Part shown: one piece after another, positions 1-12,259 of the stretch
Numbering within the stretch: position 1 is the stretch's first letter
How the letters are laid out: each line of letters starts with the position of its first letter
Assembly (NCBI GenBank): GCA_043228905.1
Contig: JBHGNT010000022.1
Coordinates: 6,820,001 to 6,884,000 of the forward strand
Source: Azolla caroliniana
Lineage: Eukaryota; Plantae; Polypodiophyta
DNA length: 64,000 bases
Direction of reading: 5' to 3'
Notes under the pieces: model-generated
Seen by the model: the letters and a program-made list of their open reading frames with translations, nothing else
What the model was told of the DNA's origin: nothing
Database searches by the model: none
Program-made: the position numbers and the translations under genes

Positions 1-1861
1 ACAATAGTCTTCTCCTCCATGAAGACTATGTCTTGACTCTGAACGACCTTGTTGTTGGCTAAGTCCGATAGTTGATAGCCGAACTCGTCATCGTCATATC
101 CAAGAAATATACATGGCCGAGTCATTGAGTCCAGCTTCCCCCTCTAGTCCTTTGCCACATGCACGTAGGCAAGGCAATCAAACACCCTCAAATGTCGGTA
201 GGAGACGTCTTTGCTGGTCCACACCCTTTGTAGAATATCTCCGTCCAAGGGAGTTGAGGGTGATCTAATTATCATGTGCACCACCGTCATCAACGCCTTA
301 GCCTAGAATGTCTTGGACAATTTAGCATGTGCTAACATACTTCAAACCCTCTCCATAATGGTTTGGTTCATCCTCTCGGCCAGCTCATTTAGTTCTAGCG
401 TTTTCGGCATGGTATACTCGAGTCAGATTCCCTTCGACCGACAATATTGTTCGAACTATGGTCGGTATTCTCCACCATTATCTGCTCGGACCGCTTTCAG
501 TTGTCGCCCGGTCTCTCATTGGGATCTCGCTTGGAACTCTTTGAAGACCGGCAATACCTGGTCCTTGGTCTTCAGGACGGAAGCCCACAACTTCCAACTA
601 TAGTCTTCAATGAAGGTCACAAAATATTGTGAGCCGGCATGTGACTTAGTATCTACATAGCATATGTCTGTATGCACAAGTTCCAATGGCATTCTCTTTT
701 TTGTTGGGGGCCTAGTTCGGAAAGTGGTTCTATTCTTTTTGTCAGCCAAGCAATCACTGCACTTCTCAAGTAGCACTTTCTTCAACTCCAAAATGAGTTC
801 CTCATTGGAAAGTTTCTGCATCCCCTTCTTGCTCATGTGCCACAACTGACTGACATTGTCAGCTGCCACATTCACTTCTTCCCAACCTATCTGAGCATGT
901 ATCAAATATAAGATTCAATCGAACTTTTGGAACATATCAGACATCCTTCAGCACTAGTTGGCACCAAGTCAACGTCACCAAACACACATCTCCTATGCCA
1001 AAAATTTGGCATGGTCCTTCATTCCCCATCTTCACAAAGCCTAGGTGTCCGGCTCTGTACAATGAGAAGCACATCCGGTAGGGGGTCCGGTGAAACGATG
1101 CTCTGGAGTCGACCACCCATGACAAATCATCGTCGACAAGATTCACTTCGTTCTGCTCGCGGATCAACAACAACTCCTCCTCACTTGTCACGATTGTTGA
1201 GGTGTTCTTCCTATCCGGAATCTTCTTCGGTTGAACATGGTCGGGTTTCCCTTTGTCTTTCTAGTAGTGTCGGCAATTTTTCTTGAAGTGCCTCGGCTTC
1301 CCACAATAGAAGCCCATGGTCCTTCCCCTTGACTTTGTCCTTGTCCTGACTTCTCCCGATTCAAGGAACTCCGATTCCGGCCTCTTCCCCAATTTGCGTC
1401 ACCTTCTGTGACTAAGGCCTTTGGGTCGGAAATTGCCTCTCTATCCTGCCGATGAGCTTCCTCATTTAGCAAGCTTGACTTTACCTTCTCTAGGGATAAC
1501 TGTTTCCCTTCTAGTCCGACATTACCCAGTGTGACAACAAGTGTCTCCCAATTGTTTGGAAGGGATCCCAACAATAATAATGCTAGTACTGTGTCAGCTA
1601 TAGGTACATCCAGAGAGGCGGTTTATTTTATCAGCCCTTGGAAGGAATTTAGATGCTCTGTCATGCTCGAGCCATCTTGATACCCGAGTCTCACTATTTT
1701 TCGGAACACTGAGACTCTATTAATGGCATTTTGTTTTCCAAACATAATGTCGATCTTCTCCCAAGGGACATCCACCTTGTTCTCTTCATTGAAGTAGTTC
1801 TAGAGGCTCATGTCTATGAAACATCTTATTATATGTTGCAACCTTCAGGTGCATGACTTCC
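1..1861 (-). mobile_element. Degenerate Ty1/copia (Tork/Tnt1-like) internal region: gag, protease, integrase; runs off the window's left end
   Basis: Gag motif LLGSLPNNWETLVVTL (1188-1574), protease WVVDSRASFH (937-1191), integrase LELVHTDIC...YFVTFIEDYS (516-905); many stops and frameshifts; cut at 1861 by the LTR of element D. Confidence 0.9.
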
Positions 1862-2302
1862 TGTAAAAGATATTGTGTGGAAGCTAAGACAAAACCGGCT
1901 AGTCCGGATAATAGAAAAACACAAAACAAAGGTTTAATGGAAACCTTGAATACACAATGAAACTCAATTCAAAATAATAACACTTTCTGCATACAAATGT
2001 CCTACGAAACACTTTTTATACAAGTCCTTAAAAGGACAGACAGAAGTACTGACAAGTACTTCAATGCTCATACGAGCAACTGACACTAACTCCAAGGGAT
2101 ATTCCTACGTACTAGGCTCGGACCGTAGGCTCCAACGGCCTACTGGTTCTCACTATTCCAAAGTACCATCCAGTTCTCTAGTCCGACTCTAGGTTCTGGA
2201 TACTGATATATCAGGTTACCTATCCGATTCTCCATTTTGGATACCGATCCGGCTCTGGCTTATTCAGCCAATACGGATCCGGTTGGGCTTGCCCGCTCAA
2301 CA
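1862..2302 (-). repeat. 3' LTR of copia D
   Basis: TGTAAAAG...TCAACA termini; similar to LTRs at 29700 and 61617; followed by the PPT complement CTCCCCCT at 2303-2310. Confidence 0.85.
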
Positions 2303-2666
2303 CTCCCCCTCAAGCTCAACTTCAACTCGGATCGCTATGTGTGTCCATCGGACCTTTCATCCATCTCCTCTTGGCGGTTTCTTGCCTTGCTCGCACTCCT
2401 TGACCTGTCTGGTTCCGCTTCCCACGACCCGTCTGATCTCGTGCACCTTGACCTTCTCGGTCGGCTTGTCTACTCATACGACCCTTCTCAACTCCTTTGT
2501 TGTTGCGACTTCGACGCTTCTCGACCCATCAGTCCCTCTGTATAGGTGTCGACTTCCGCGGCCTCCTCGTCTGTTTGGCCTTCAGTTGATTCGGCTCCTC
2601 CGAATCGAACTCCTCTTCAGAATCAGCTGCCTCTAATTGATTCCAACTCTTGTCCGAATTGGCTAT

Positions 2667-3140
2667 TGTTAGGGATAGTACTAGAAGCAAGGAGAATTAG
2701 TACGAAAGATAGAGGAGAAGAATGAGGATTAGTACTAAGAAGGGAAAGAGTGTATGAGAATCACGAGAGAGTAGAGCGAGAGAGAGAGAGAGAGGTAGAG
2801 AGAGAGAGTAGAGAGTGATAATCATGACAACAAGAAGTATATTATACTATATGAAGAAAGATAGAAGAACAACTAGGAGGCTTAAGACTGGTGTTGAACT
2901 GACTTGGTTCTCAATAATGCCATGTGCCTCTTTTTATAGTATGTTTAGGAGTATTCTTGACCTTTCTAGAATGTTCGAGAGAAATCTAGAATATGTAACA
3001 TGGATTTCCTAGGTGAAATAATAAATGAAAACAATATTTTTCATATTATAATGTATAGCTTAATGGTAGGGCCTCAACCCATGTGACACGAGGTTATGGT
3101 TTTACATCATTTTGAAGCCATACCATGCTATATCATGACA
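2667..3140 (-). repeat. 3' LTR of chromovirus A1 with internal (GA)n tract
   Basis: TGTTAG...ATGACA termini; PPT complement CTACCCCCCTAA immediately inside at 3141-3152. Confidence 0.9.
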
Positions 3141-3189
3141 CTACCCCCCTAAAGATGACGAGTGTTACGAGTCGTCTTAGATTGAGAAC

Positions 3190-6100
3190 CTAGTTTGTCA
3201 GGATATTGTCGATGGAGGTCCTCAATAAGAACTCGTGCATTTGCGACATTCTCGCCCGGTGTCCAAGTAGGCTCGCTTGGACTATAGCATAGCCAATTGA
3301 CCAAATAGTAGAGCTTGTTGCGAACAATCTTGGAATCGAGGATGGCAGCAACTTCGTACTTTGGTCTTGCTTCAAGCTCGATCGGGGCTGGAGGTGGTGT
3401 AATACAAATCGGAATAGTGTTGTCTTGATAGGATTCGAGAGTAGAACAATGAAAACCAGATGTATCCGTAGTTGCGGAGGTAGATCAAAACGAAAAGTGA
3501 CATCAATTAGTTTTCCAATAATACGGAAAGGACGTAATCATCGATAATCCAATTTATCACATGGCTGAGTAGTCTTTATGTGTCGTCTTAATAGCCATAC
3601 CCGATCTCCAATGTTAAAACAGGATAGAAGCCGATGACGATCCGGATAATCCTTGTGTGTTTGTTGAGCTTGACGTAAATGGGTAGATAGGTTTGCCTGT
3701 ATCTTGCATAGCCACTCCAAATGATACTCTGCACGAGGATTTGTGGGTAACTCCGGAGTTTTGAATACACACCACCAAGGATGATAGCTTGTATAAGCAT
3801 AAAATGGTGTAACCCTAGTCGATTAGTGGATAGAGTTCTTATAAGCAAATTCGAGAAAGTGGAGAATATCTACCCTATCATCCTGTTGATAGCTTAGAAA
3901 ACACCGAAGATACTATTCCAGCATTTGATTTGTTCGTTCTTCTTGTCCGTCTGTTTGAGGGTGATAACCAAAGGAGAGGTTACAAGTGACCTTGAGCATT
4001 TTGAGATGAATTGAGGTCCACGGTCACGGATGATACTATCTAGGAGGCCATGATGCCGAAATGCCTCACGCATGACAATTTCGGTGGTTTCTTTATTGGT
4101 GATTTCCTTAGTACAAGGAAAGAAATGTGCCATCTTAGAATATTGATCTAATACTGTTAAGATCACATCGAATCCTTTTGAAACTAGAAGATCTGTGATA
4201 AAATCTAGAGAAATGGACTACCATGGCTTGCTTGGAATTGGTAATGGTTCTAGTAAACCATATGGATGATGTCTTGGCATCTTTGCTCTACAACATGTAT
4301 CACATGGGCGAACATAGTCTTCAATAAATCTTCGCATATGAGGCCACCAAAATGATCTTTGTACTAAATCCAACGTTTTAGTACTACTAAAATGTCCAGC
4401 TATATATGTGTCATGATAATTTTGGACTACTTGAAAGCGACAAGAACCATTGGGAACATACAAGAGTTTCTTAAAGAATAGTAATCCATCATGACATTCG
4501 AATTGTCGATAGTCCGTGCTTCATTGTTGTGACTATGAAGAGGATGCTCGAGAGTGATCAATTTTCACTAGAATGGCTTGAGCGAAAGTATCTATCTTGA
4601 AGTCTTCACGTATGGTATTGATAATGGGGGAATGCAATGTAGTGTCAAAACCCACATTGCTTACAATCGTGTTGGTCCTAGGATTACTTGCTTTTCATTA
4701 TTGAATGTTAGATCACCGGGATGAGGTGCTAGATACGAGCGTCGCGATAATATATCTACCTTCCCTTACTGCTTCCCAGGACAATATGTAATTATGAAGT
4801 CGAAATGACTGAGGAATTGGGCCCACTGAGCTTATCTTCAATTTAATACACAAGCACTCTGGAAGTAGGCAAGATTTTTGTGATCACTGAATATGGTGAC
4901 TCGACGGGAGATCCCTCTAAAAAGGGCCTCCATTGTGCAAAAGAGGCCACTATTGCTAGTAGCTTCTTGTCATGTATCTCATACTTGATTTCGGCGGCGT
5001 CAAACTTGCGCGAGTGGAAAGCCGCAGGATGTAGTTTTTCATCATCGCCTTGTTGTAACAAAATGCTACCAAGGGCGAAATCTGATGTGTCTGTCTCAAT
5101 GATGAACAATTTTTTCAGATCAACATGAGCTAGAATAAGACATGATGTAAATTCTTTTTTAAGCCTCACAAAAGCCGTGTCCACTTCCTTAGACCAAACA
5201 AACGACTACCCCTTCTTGGTAAGTTGTGTGAGAGGCAAAATAACCTTTGAGTAGTCCTGTATAAACTTGGGGTAGAAATTTGCGAAGACTAAAAAACATT
5301 GCACATCTCGCAACGAACGTGGAATCTGCCACTCTACCACTGTTTTGACCTTAGCTGGATCCATAGAGATGCCTTCCGAGGAGATAACATAGCCTAGAAA
5401 TTCCACCTGGTTGCATCCAAAACTACATTTTTCCAATTTTGCATAAAGACCATGTTCTCGAAGTCGTTCTACTACTAATAGTACATGAGAATCATGCTCT
5501 TCTTTAGTCTTTGAATAAACTAATAGATGATGAAACAGATATTCAAGAGATCTCACAATATATCATTTGCCAGGTGTTGGAAGACTGTTGGCACATTGGT
5601 GAGACCGAATGGCATAATCGTATACTCGAAGTGCCCATATCTGGTGTGAAAAGCGGTCTTCCATTCATCTCCCAGTCAGATCCGTGCGAGGTTCTATGCT
5701 CCTCGTATGTCGATGTTTGTATAGAACTTTGCACCATTAATCCGTTCTAAAAGACTCGAGATAGGGGGAAGTGCATACCTATTCCTGATAGTGACCTTAT
5801 TCAAGCCACGGTAATCCACGACGAGACGAAGTGATCCATCCTTTTTCTTCACAAAGAAAATGGGTGTGCCGGCGGGAGATTTCTAATGTCAAATGAACTC
5901 ATCTGCCAAATTCTCCTCTATGTAGGCTCGAAGAACTTCTAGCTCGGTTGGTGACAAGTTGTACATCGGTCCCCATGGTGGCTCTTTTCTTGGTTGTAAA
6001 TCAATGGGACAATCATACAGTCAATGTTGAGGAAGACTACTAGCTTGTACCTTGTCAAACATGTCGCCATAATGATGATAATTCTCTAGAAGTTGAACTA

Positions 6101-6350
6101 TGGATTCCTCTTCAGTAGTGTTGGAAGGTTCTACAGATACTACGAAAATAAACATTGATTCCTTGTGTCCTTCCTCATGCAATTGATGTAGCGAAATGGT
6201 TGAAATTCTAAGAGTAGATCCTCGGGTTTGTCGATACCGGATTCTCTTATTCTTGAATCTATGTCTGGGTTATGTAATTCGAACCATGGTAACCCCAAGA
6301 CAATTGGATCCTCTGGACTACTAATTATATTAAATGATACTACACATACC
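3190..6350 (-). pseudogene. pol: Degenerate chromovirus pol (protease end, RT, RNase H, integrase, chromodomain)
   Basis: LYAKLEKCSF/VEFLGYVIS (RT), ETDTSDFALGSIL and YEIHDKKLLAIV (RNase H), HD...GHF...CDTC and IIRDRGPQF (integrase); fragmented by stops and frameshifts. Confidence 0.9.
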
Positions 6351-7071
6351 AAATTAATAAACAGTTGTTACAGAATTGGGCAAAATTCCTATCCATGAAG
6401 CAAGAATTGGCTTCGGAATCTAAGAGGGCTAAGACATGTACTAGAGGGGTACTTTTAGTACTAATTGTTACTTCAGCTAAGTCAGATTTTGTTGATTGTC
6501 ATCCTTATGCTACCAGTAACTCCAAAACAAGCTTTAAACTTGCTTATAACTCTTCAAAATTATTTAGTAATGGAGATTCCTTTACTAACAACGAAGTGAA
6601 CCATGCCAAGGCTAACCTGCTTAGCAACGTGCCTACTGAACCCACTCATGATGCATCGGTAGGATATCAGGAAGGATGCATTTGAATGACTAATCGTACC
6701 TGATTAAGGAATCCTCTAAACTATGATCACGTTCCATCGAATTTCATAGGAAGGCCGATCTTGGGTCCTTTATGAATCCCTTGAGTACTTGGTTCTTCTT
6801 GTTGCAATGCTACAATGGTTGCTTCAAGTTGTTGCACGCGTAATGCTAGCTCCCCATGTTGTTGTTGTGCTTGTTGCTTTTCTAAAGAGATTTGTTGAAG
6901 ATCCCCCAATAGCCGTTGATTTTCTTGTTCCAATGCGAGAAACTTTTCTTTCAAGCATTGTAACTCTCAGAAAACGGATTTTTATTCTTGAGTGCTAACA
7001 ATTTCCATAGTATTAAAGAAAGGAGGGATAAGTGGCTTAGTATGAAGGAAGGAGGGGTAAGAAGATAAAGA

Positions 7072-7083
7072 AATTCGGTTCAA
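7072..7083 (-). promoter_or_regulatory. Self-priming type primer-binding site of family A
   Basis: Lies 2 nt inside the LTR; + strand AATTCGGTTCAA is the exact reverse complement of LTR 7271-7282 (TTGAACCGAATT); no TGG tRNA-type PBS. Confidence 0.75.
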
Positions 7084-7085
7084 AC

Positions 7086-7515
7086 TATTAGGAATAGTAC
7101 TAAAAATGGAGAGGGAATTAGTACTAGAGGTAGAAGAGGATGAGTACTATGAGTACTTAAGAGGAGAAGAAGGTGTGGAACTCACGAGAGAGAGAGAGAG
7201 ATGATGGCAATAGAAGATATATATTATAAGGAGAAAGATACAAGAACAACTAGGAGGCTTAAGACTAGCATTGAACCGAATTGGTTCGAAATAATGTGGT
7301 GTGCCTCGTTTTATCGTGTTGTCAGGAGTACTCTTGAAGTTTCTAAAATGTTTTAGAGAAGTCTTGAATATATATCAATTTTCTATAGTGAAATAATAAA
7401 TGAAAACAATATTCTTCGTATTACAATGTATAGCTTAATGATAGGGCTTCAACCCATGTGACACAAGGTCATGGGTTCAAATCCTTTTAAAGCCATACCA
7501 TGCTATATCATGACA
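7086..7515 (-). repeat. Family A LTR (A2-type copy inside the duplicated block)
   Basis: T(A)TTAGGAATAGTAC...ATGACA; matches 57119-57569. Confidence 0.9.
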
Positions 7516-9045
7516 ACAAGGGGAGTTAAGGCGGCGTCGGACATCAGAAAGGGAAAACCGACACGAAATGCTGGTATTGTGGCAAGAAAGGCCACCGGGA
7601 AAGCGAGTGCTCGAAGAAGAGCGCCGATTCGGATAATCCGGATCCGGCAAGACCGGACAAGGGAACCGGCAAAGCTCACACTACGCAGAATGATCGGAAG
7701 GATCCGGAACCGGTACAACCGCAAAAGGGCCATTGTGATGAAGCACAAGGTGAACTCGATGAAGAAGAAATATCGGCTCTAATACATTAGGATGTATGGG
7801 GACCGGCATAGAACGTTAGTCTTGGGGGGAGCCGATATTTCTTCTTCATCATCGATTACTAAAGCCGGGACACATGGATCTACCTCATCGAGAAGAAAAG
7901 CAAAGTCTTCGATTGTTTCCGGAACATGCAAAGTCTTGTCGAATGGGAAATGGAGAGGAAGATCAAGTGCCTACGGTCGAATGGCGATTACAAATATTGA
8001 TCTTACTGATACTATGAATACAAAGATTGATTCCTTGCATCCTTCTTCATGCAATTGATGTAGCGAAAAGGTTGAAATTCGATGAGTAGATCCTCGCGTT
8101 TGTCGATACTGGATCTCTTGTTCTCCAATCTATGCCTGGGTTATGGAATTCGAACCATGGTAAGCCCAAGAAAATTGGATGTTCTGGACTACTAATTATA
8201 TTAAATGATACTACACACACCAAGTTAATATGTAGGACAACCTGAATCGGCTCTGACTCTTCTACGATATTTCTGGAAACAATGGGGCGGCCATCAATGA
8301 CTACTACAGATGTTGGGCAAGGAAGCTTTCTTAGGGATATTTGATGAGCTTGGGGAAAGTTCCTATCCATGAAGCAAGAATTGGCTCCGGAATCTAAGAG
8401 TGCTAAGACATGTACTAGAGGGGTACTTTTGGTACTAACTGTTACTTGAGCTAAGAACACATTCCTAACTTGCTTAGAGGGAATGGAACCACTAATGGGT
8501 TACAGAGATCTAGGGATGTCCAACCAAACGGCTCCTATTTTGGCTAGAGTTAGTCGTTTAACTCTTCTAAGGACTTCAAATTTGTTTGATAGACTTGGGC
8601 TATTAGTACTATGAAACACTTCTACTGAAAAGACTCGGGTTTAGTAGAAGCCACTATTTGATTTACTTGTCTTCCTAGCCTATGTGGACAGTTTATTGCG
8701 ATATGCCCTAATCCTTCACAATAAAGACATAATCGATTTGCTCGGCATCGTTGCTTTTCTTCTTCCAACAATGGTCCACGACGACATGTGGTGTCGATTT
8801 CTATCGGTGTTGGATTATTTGTTAGAAATGCATTATATGACTCCTATCACATCTAGGATGTGACTCAAACCTCTTACCCATAACACACCCAATATGTAGT
8901 ATTATATAAACCTTTTGGAATCCCTAAGTTATATGTAAATTGTATATCGTTAATATTGTATAGCCTAGCATATAGAATATTCTAGTCTTTAGTATATTCT
9001 AGAAATGTCCCCGGGGATGTTGCTCATGCTTAACAATCTCGTTGT

Positions 9046-10540
9046 TTGCTAAAACCCAACCAATTGTATCTTTCTGCCACTTGTATGTTGCAGGATGATT
9101 CGATACTCCAACATATCACCGATGCATCCACGACTGATGCATTTGGCAACAAGATTGGAGATAGTCTACAAAATCCCTCCAAGACATCTAAAAGGACGGA
9201 CCTTGACCACTTCACCATACAAGAAGGTTTTTTATTCCGAGATCATCTCTTATATGTCCTGGAGGGCCCATGTCGCTCCTGGGTATTGTAGCAATGCCAC
9301 GATGACCCCCTTGGGGGTCACTTTGAATTTGCAAAAACCCTTGAACTAATCTCTCAGGGGTACTGGTGGCCACAACCATGGAACTTGGTCAAAGAATACA
9401 TCAAGACTTGTGAGGTTTGCGCTCGCTCCAAAGTTGCTCATCATCGGCCATATGGCTTGCTCCAACCGCTTCCATGCCCTAGTCATCCCTGGGCCTCTAT
9501 CTCTATGGACCTCATAACCGATCTACCCTTGGTCAATAGCTATGACTCCGTGTTGGTCATTGTTGATCAGTTTACAAAGATGGCTCACTTCACTCCATGC
9601 TCAAAAACCATTTTCGGCAAAGGAATGACACATCTACTCCTCTATAATGTCGTTTGTTTGCATGGTCTCCCCGATGATGTCATTTCTTATCGTGGACCCC
9701 AAATTCTCTCTCACATCTGGCAGCGCCTACTGCAAACTTTAGGCATCTCGGTCAAGTTGTCCTCTGCCTATCACCCTCAGATTGACGGTCAAACGGAGCG
9801 CGTCAACCAAATCCTTGAGCAGTATCTTCGGTGCTCGGTTAGTTACCAACAAGATGATTGGGTCAACTTACTTTCACTAGCAGAATTTGCCTACAATAAT
9901 TCTCTTCATGCATCGATTGGCGTAACTCCCTTCATTGGAAACTACGGTTTACATCCTCGCTTCAGCTTTTCCCTCCCTACCACTTCTGTGAACCCTTTGG
10001 TAGAGGGTCGAGCCCGGGTTTTAGAAGAGCTACATCATGACTTATCCTTGGAGCTTCATCTCACTGGTGAACGATACAAGAAGCACGTTGATTGCCATTG
10101 CTCTATCACTCCACCCTTTTTCGTTGGCGACATGGTCTGATTGTTACGACGACACTTCTCTACTACCCATCCATGTGTGAAACTTGATTACATGATGTTG
10201 GGACCATTCCGTAGTGTTGAGCGCATTAATCTCGTCGCCTTTCGGCTAGCCCTTCCATCCCACTTCCGGATTCATGATGTTTTTCATGTCTCCCTCTTCA
10301 AGCTCCATTATCCTTCATAAATCCCAAGATGCCAGGCCACCTCCTGTCAAATTGACGACAGGCAAGGAATACGAAGTCGACCAAATACTTCACTCACCTT
10401 TGCATCGTTGACACCTGCAATACCTCGTCTTGTGGAAGGGTTACCCTTTATTTGACGCCACATGGGAAACCGCACAAAATTTACAAAATGCCCCAGAGGT
10501 GGTTCAAGATTTTCATCTTCGATATCCCCACAAACTAGCG
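9046..10540 (+). pseudogene. Integrase and chromodomain of element C
   Basis: CEVC...PWASISMDLITDLP...YHPQIDGQTERVNQILEQYLR; YLVLWKGYP...ATWE chromodomain motif at ~10420-10470. Confidence 0.9.
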
Positions 10541-10575
10541 ATGGGTTTGGGAAGGCGGGATAGGAGAGGGAATAA

Positions 10576-10928
10576 TGTCACATCTAGGATGTGACTCGAA
10601 CCTCTCACCTATAACACACCCAATATGTAATATTAGATAAACCATTTTGAAACCCTTAAGTTATCTTAAATTGTATATGGTTAATATTGTATAGCCTATC
10701 ATATAGAATATTCTAGTCTTTAGTATATTCTAAAAATGTTCTATGGTATATTCTAGAGATATTTCTTAGGTATATTCTAGAGATATTCAATCTCAGAACT
10801 TGTATAAATATGTGTGTTCACCTAGATTATAATCAAGGTGAACATCACCTATTACAGAGTCTTTCAATTAATTAACTCATCCCTTTGATTATCTTCTACT
10901 CTCTTGTGTATATTTTCTACCTGTGACA
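10576..10928 (+). repeat. 3' LTR of element C
   Basis: TGTCAC...GTGACA inverted termini; TATA at 10803. Confidence 0.9.
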
Positions 10929-11850
10929 ACTCCATTGCAAATGGTTTTGCTACGACCGAGGCGTATGTGGGCTTCGACCTAGTCCTTGGCATTTGTAACT
11001 CTCATTCCAAATGCCATTCAATAACCCAGTTATCGTATCGTACCACTCGACGGATTGCCTATGTGAGTGATTTTGGTTCTTCAGGGAAAGTCAGGAGTAA
11101 ATCTTTAACATCATTTCGTAGTCTGTATCGAAATTGCTCCATCAATGCTTAATCATCCCAAGGGATATCTATCGTAGGCGAGTAGATGGAAATCTGCAAT
11201 GTATGTGGAGGATGGACGATCACCTTGACGTAATCGTCGGATTTTGTTGATTTTGGTCCTTATGCTATCAATATCTCCAAAACGGGCTTTAAACTCGCTT
11301 ATAAACTCTTCAAAAATATTTAGTAATGGAGATCTTTTTTCTAACAACGGACTGAACCATGCCAAAGTTGAGCTACTCAACAACGTGCCTACAAGACCCA
11401 CTCGTGATGCATCGGTGGGATATCAGGAAGGATGCATTTGAATGACTAATCGTACATGATTAAGGAATCCTCTAAACTATGATCGTGTTCCATAGAATTT
11501 CATAGGAAGGTTGATCTTGGGCTCTTTATGAATCCCTTGAATACGTCGTCCTTGTTGTTGCAATGGTGTAACAATGGTTGCTTCAAGTTGTTGCACGTGT
11601 AACGCTAGCTCCCCATGTTGTTGTTGCAACTCCCCATGTTATTGTTGCACTTGCTGCTTTTCTAAAGGGATTTGTTGAAGATCCCCCACCAACCGTTGAT
11701 TTTCTTGTTCCACTGTGACAAACCTTTCTTTCAAGCCCTACAACTCTGAGAAAACAGATTGGTATTCTTGAGCGCTAATAGTTGCCATAGTATTGGAGGA
11801 AGGAAGGATAGGAAGATTAGTATGAAGGGAAGGAGCGATGTTAAGCTGAA

Positions 11851-12213
11851 TGTCATGAACATCGAGTCGAATTCAAGCCTTAGGTCCTTGTATATATATA
11901 TTTCTCCTAGAAAGACTTTAGACTTTAAACCTTTGTATAAAGACTGGTATGTAAGACTGAATATTTAAGACTTAGTATGTAAGACTTGGCATGCAAGAAT
12001 CAGTATGCTTAATATTATAGTATGTATGACTTGGCATGAGCATGCTTATCATGCATCACTATATGTATAAAAAGGGTTGATCTCCCTTGTTAACATCAAG
12101 GAGATCAACACCAGTCATGGAATAGATATTCATACTCATTGTCATCAACTTATCCATCTCTCTATCTCATCAACTTGCCCATCTCTTTGTCTTCCAATTG
12201 TTCATTCGTGATA
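11851..12213 (+). repeat. 5' LTR of element B
   Basis: TGTCATG...CGTGA(T/C)A; TATA at 12066; AGTATGTAAGACT mini-repeats. Confidence 0.9.
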
Positions 12214-12215
12214 GA

Positions 12216-12226
12216 TTGATCTCCTT
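12216..12226 (+). promoter_or_regulatory. Self-priming type primer-binding site of element B
   Basis: TTGATCTCCTT, 2 nt after the LTR, is complementary to AAGGAGATCAA at 12098-12108, which starts 32 nt after the TATA box start. Confidence 0.8.
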
Positions 12227-12259
12227 CCTTCTTTTTGTCTTCTTTCTCAATACACTATC

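Larger units (their letters stand above)
6307..7990. repeat. Ectopic duplicate of 56341-~58600 (deleted protease/gag, A2-type LTR, flanking copia G sequence)
   Basis: Near-identical antisense ORFs at 6365 and 56398; same internal deletions; same LTR/copia junction (ATGACA-ACA(A/G)GGGGAGT at 7515 and 57569). Confidence 0.85.
8845..10928 (+). mobile_element. Chromovirus C, internally deleted (partial 5' LTR fused to RNase H end, integrase, chromodomain)
   Basis: Perfect TSD ACTCC (8840-8844 and 10929-10933); partial 5' LTR 8845-~9008; 3' LTR 10576-10928; PPT AGGAGAGGGAATAA. Confidence 0.9.
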
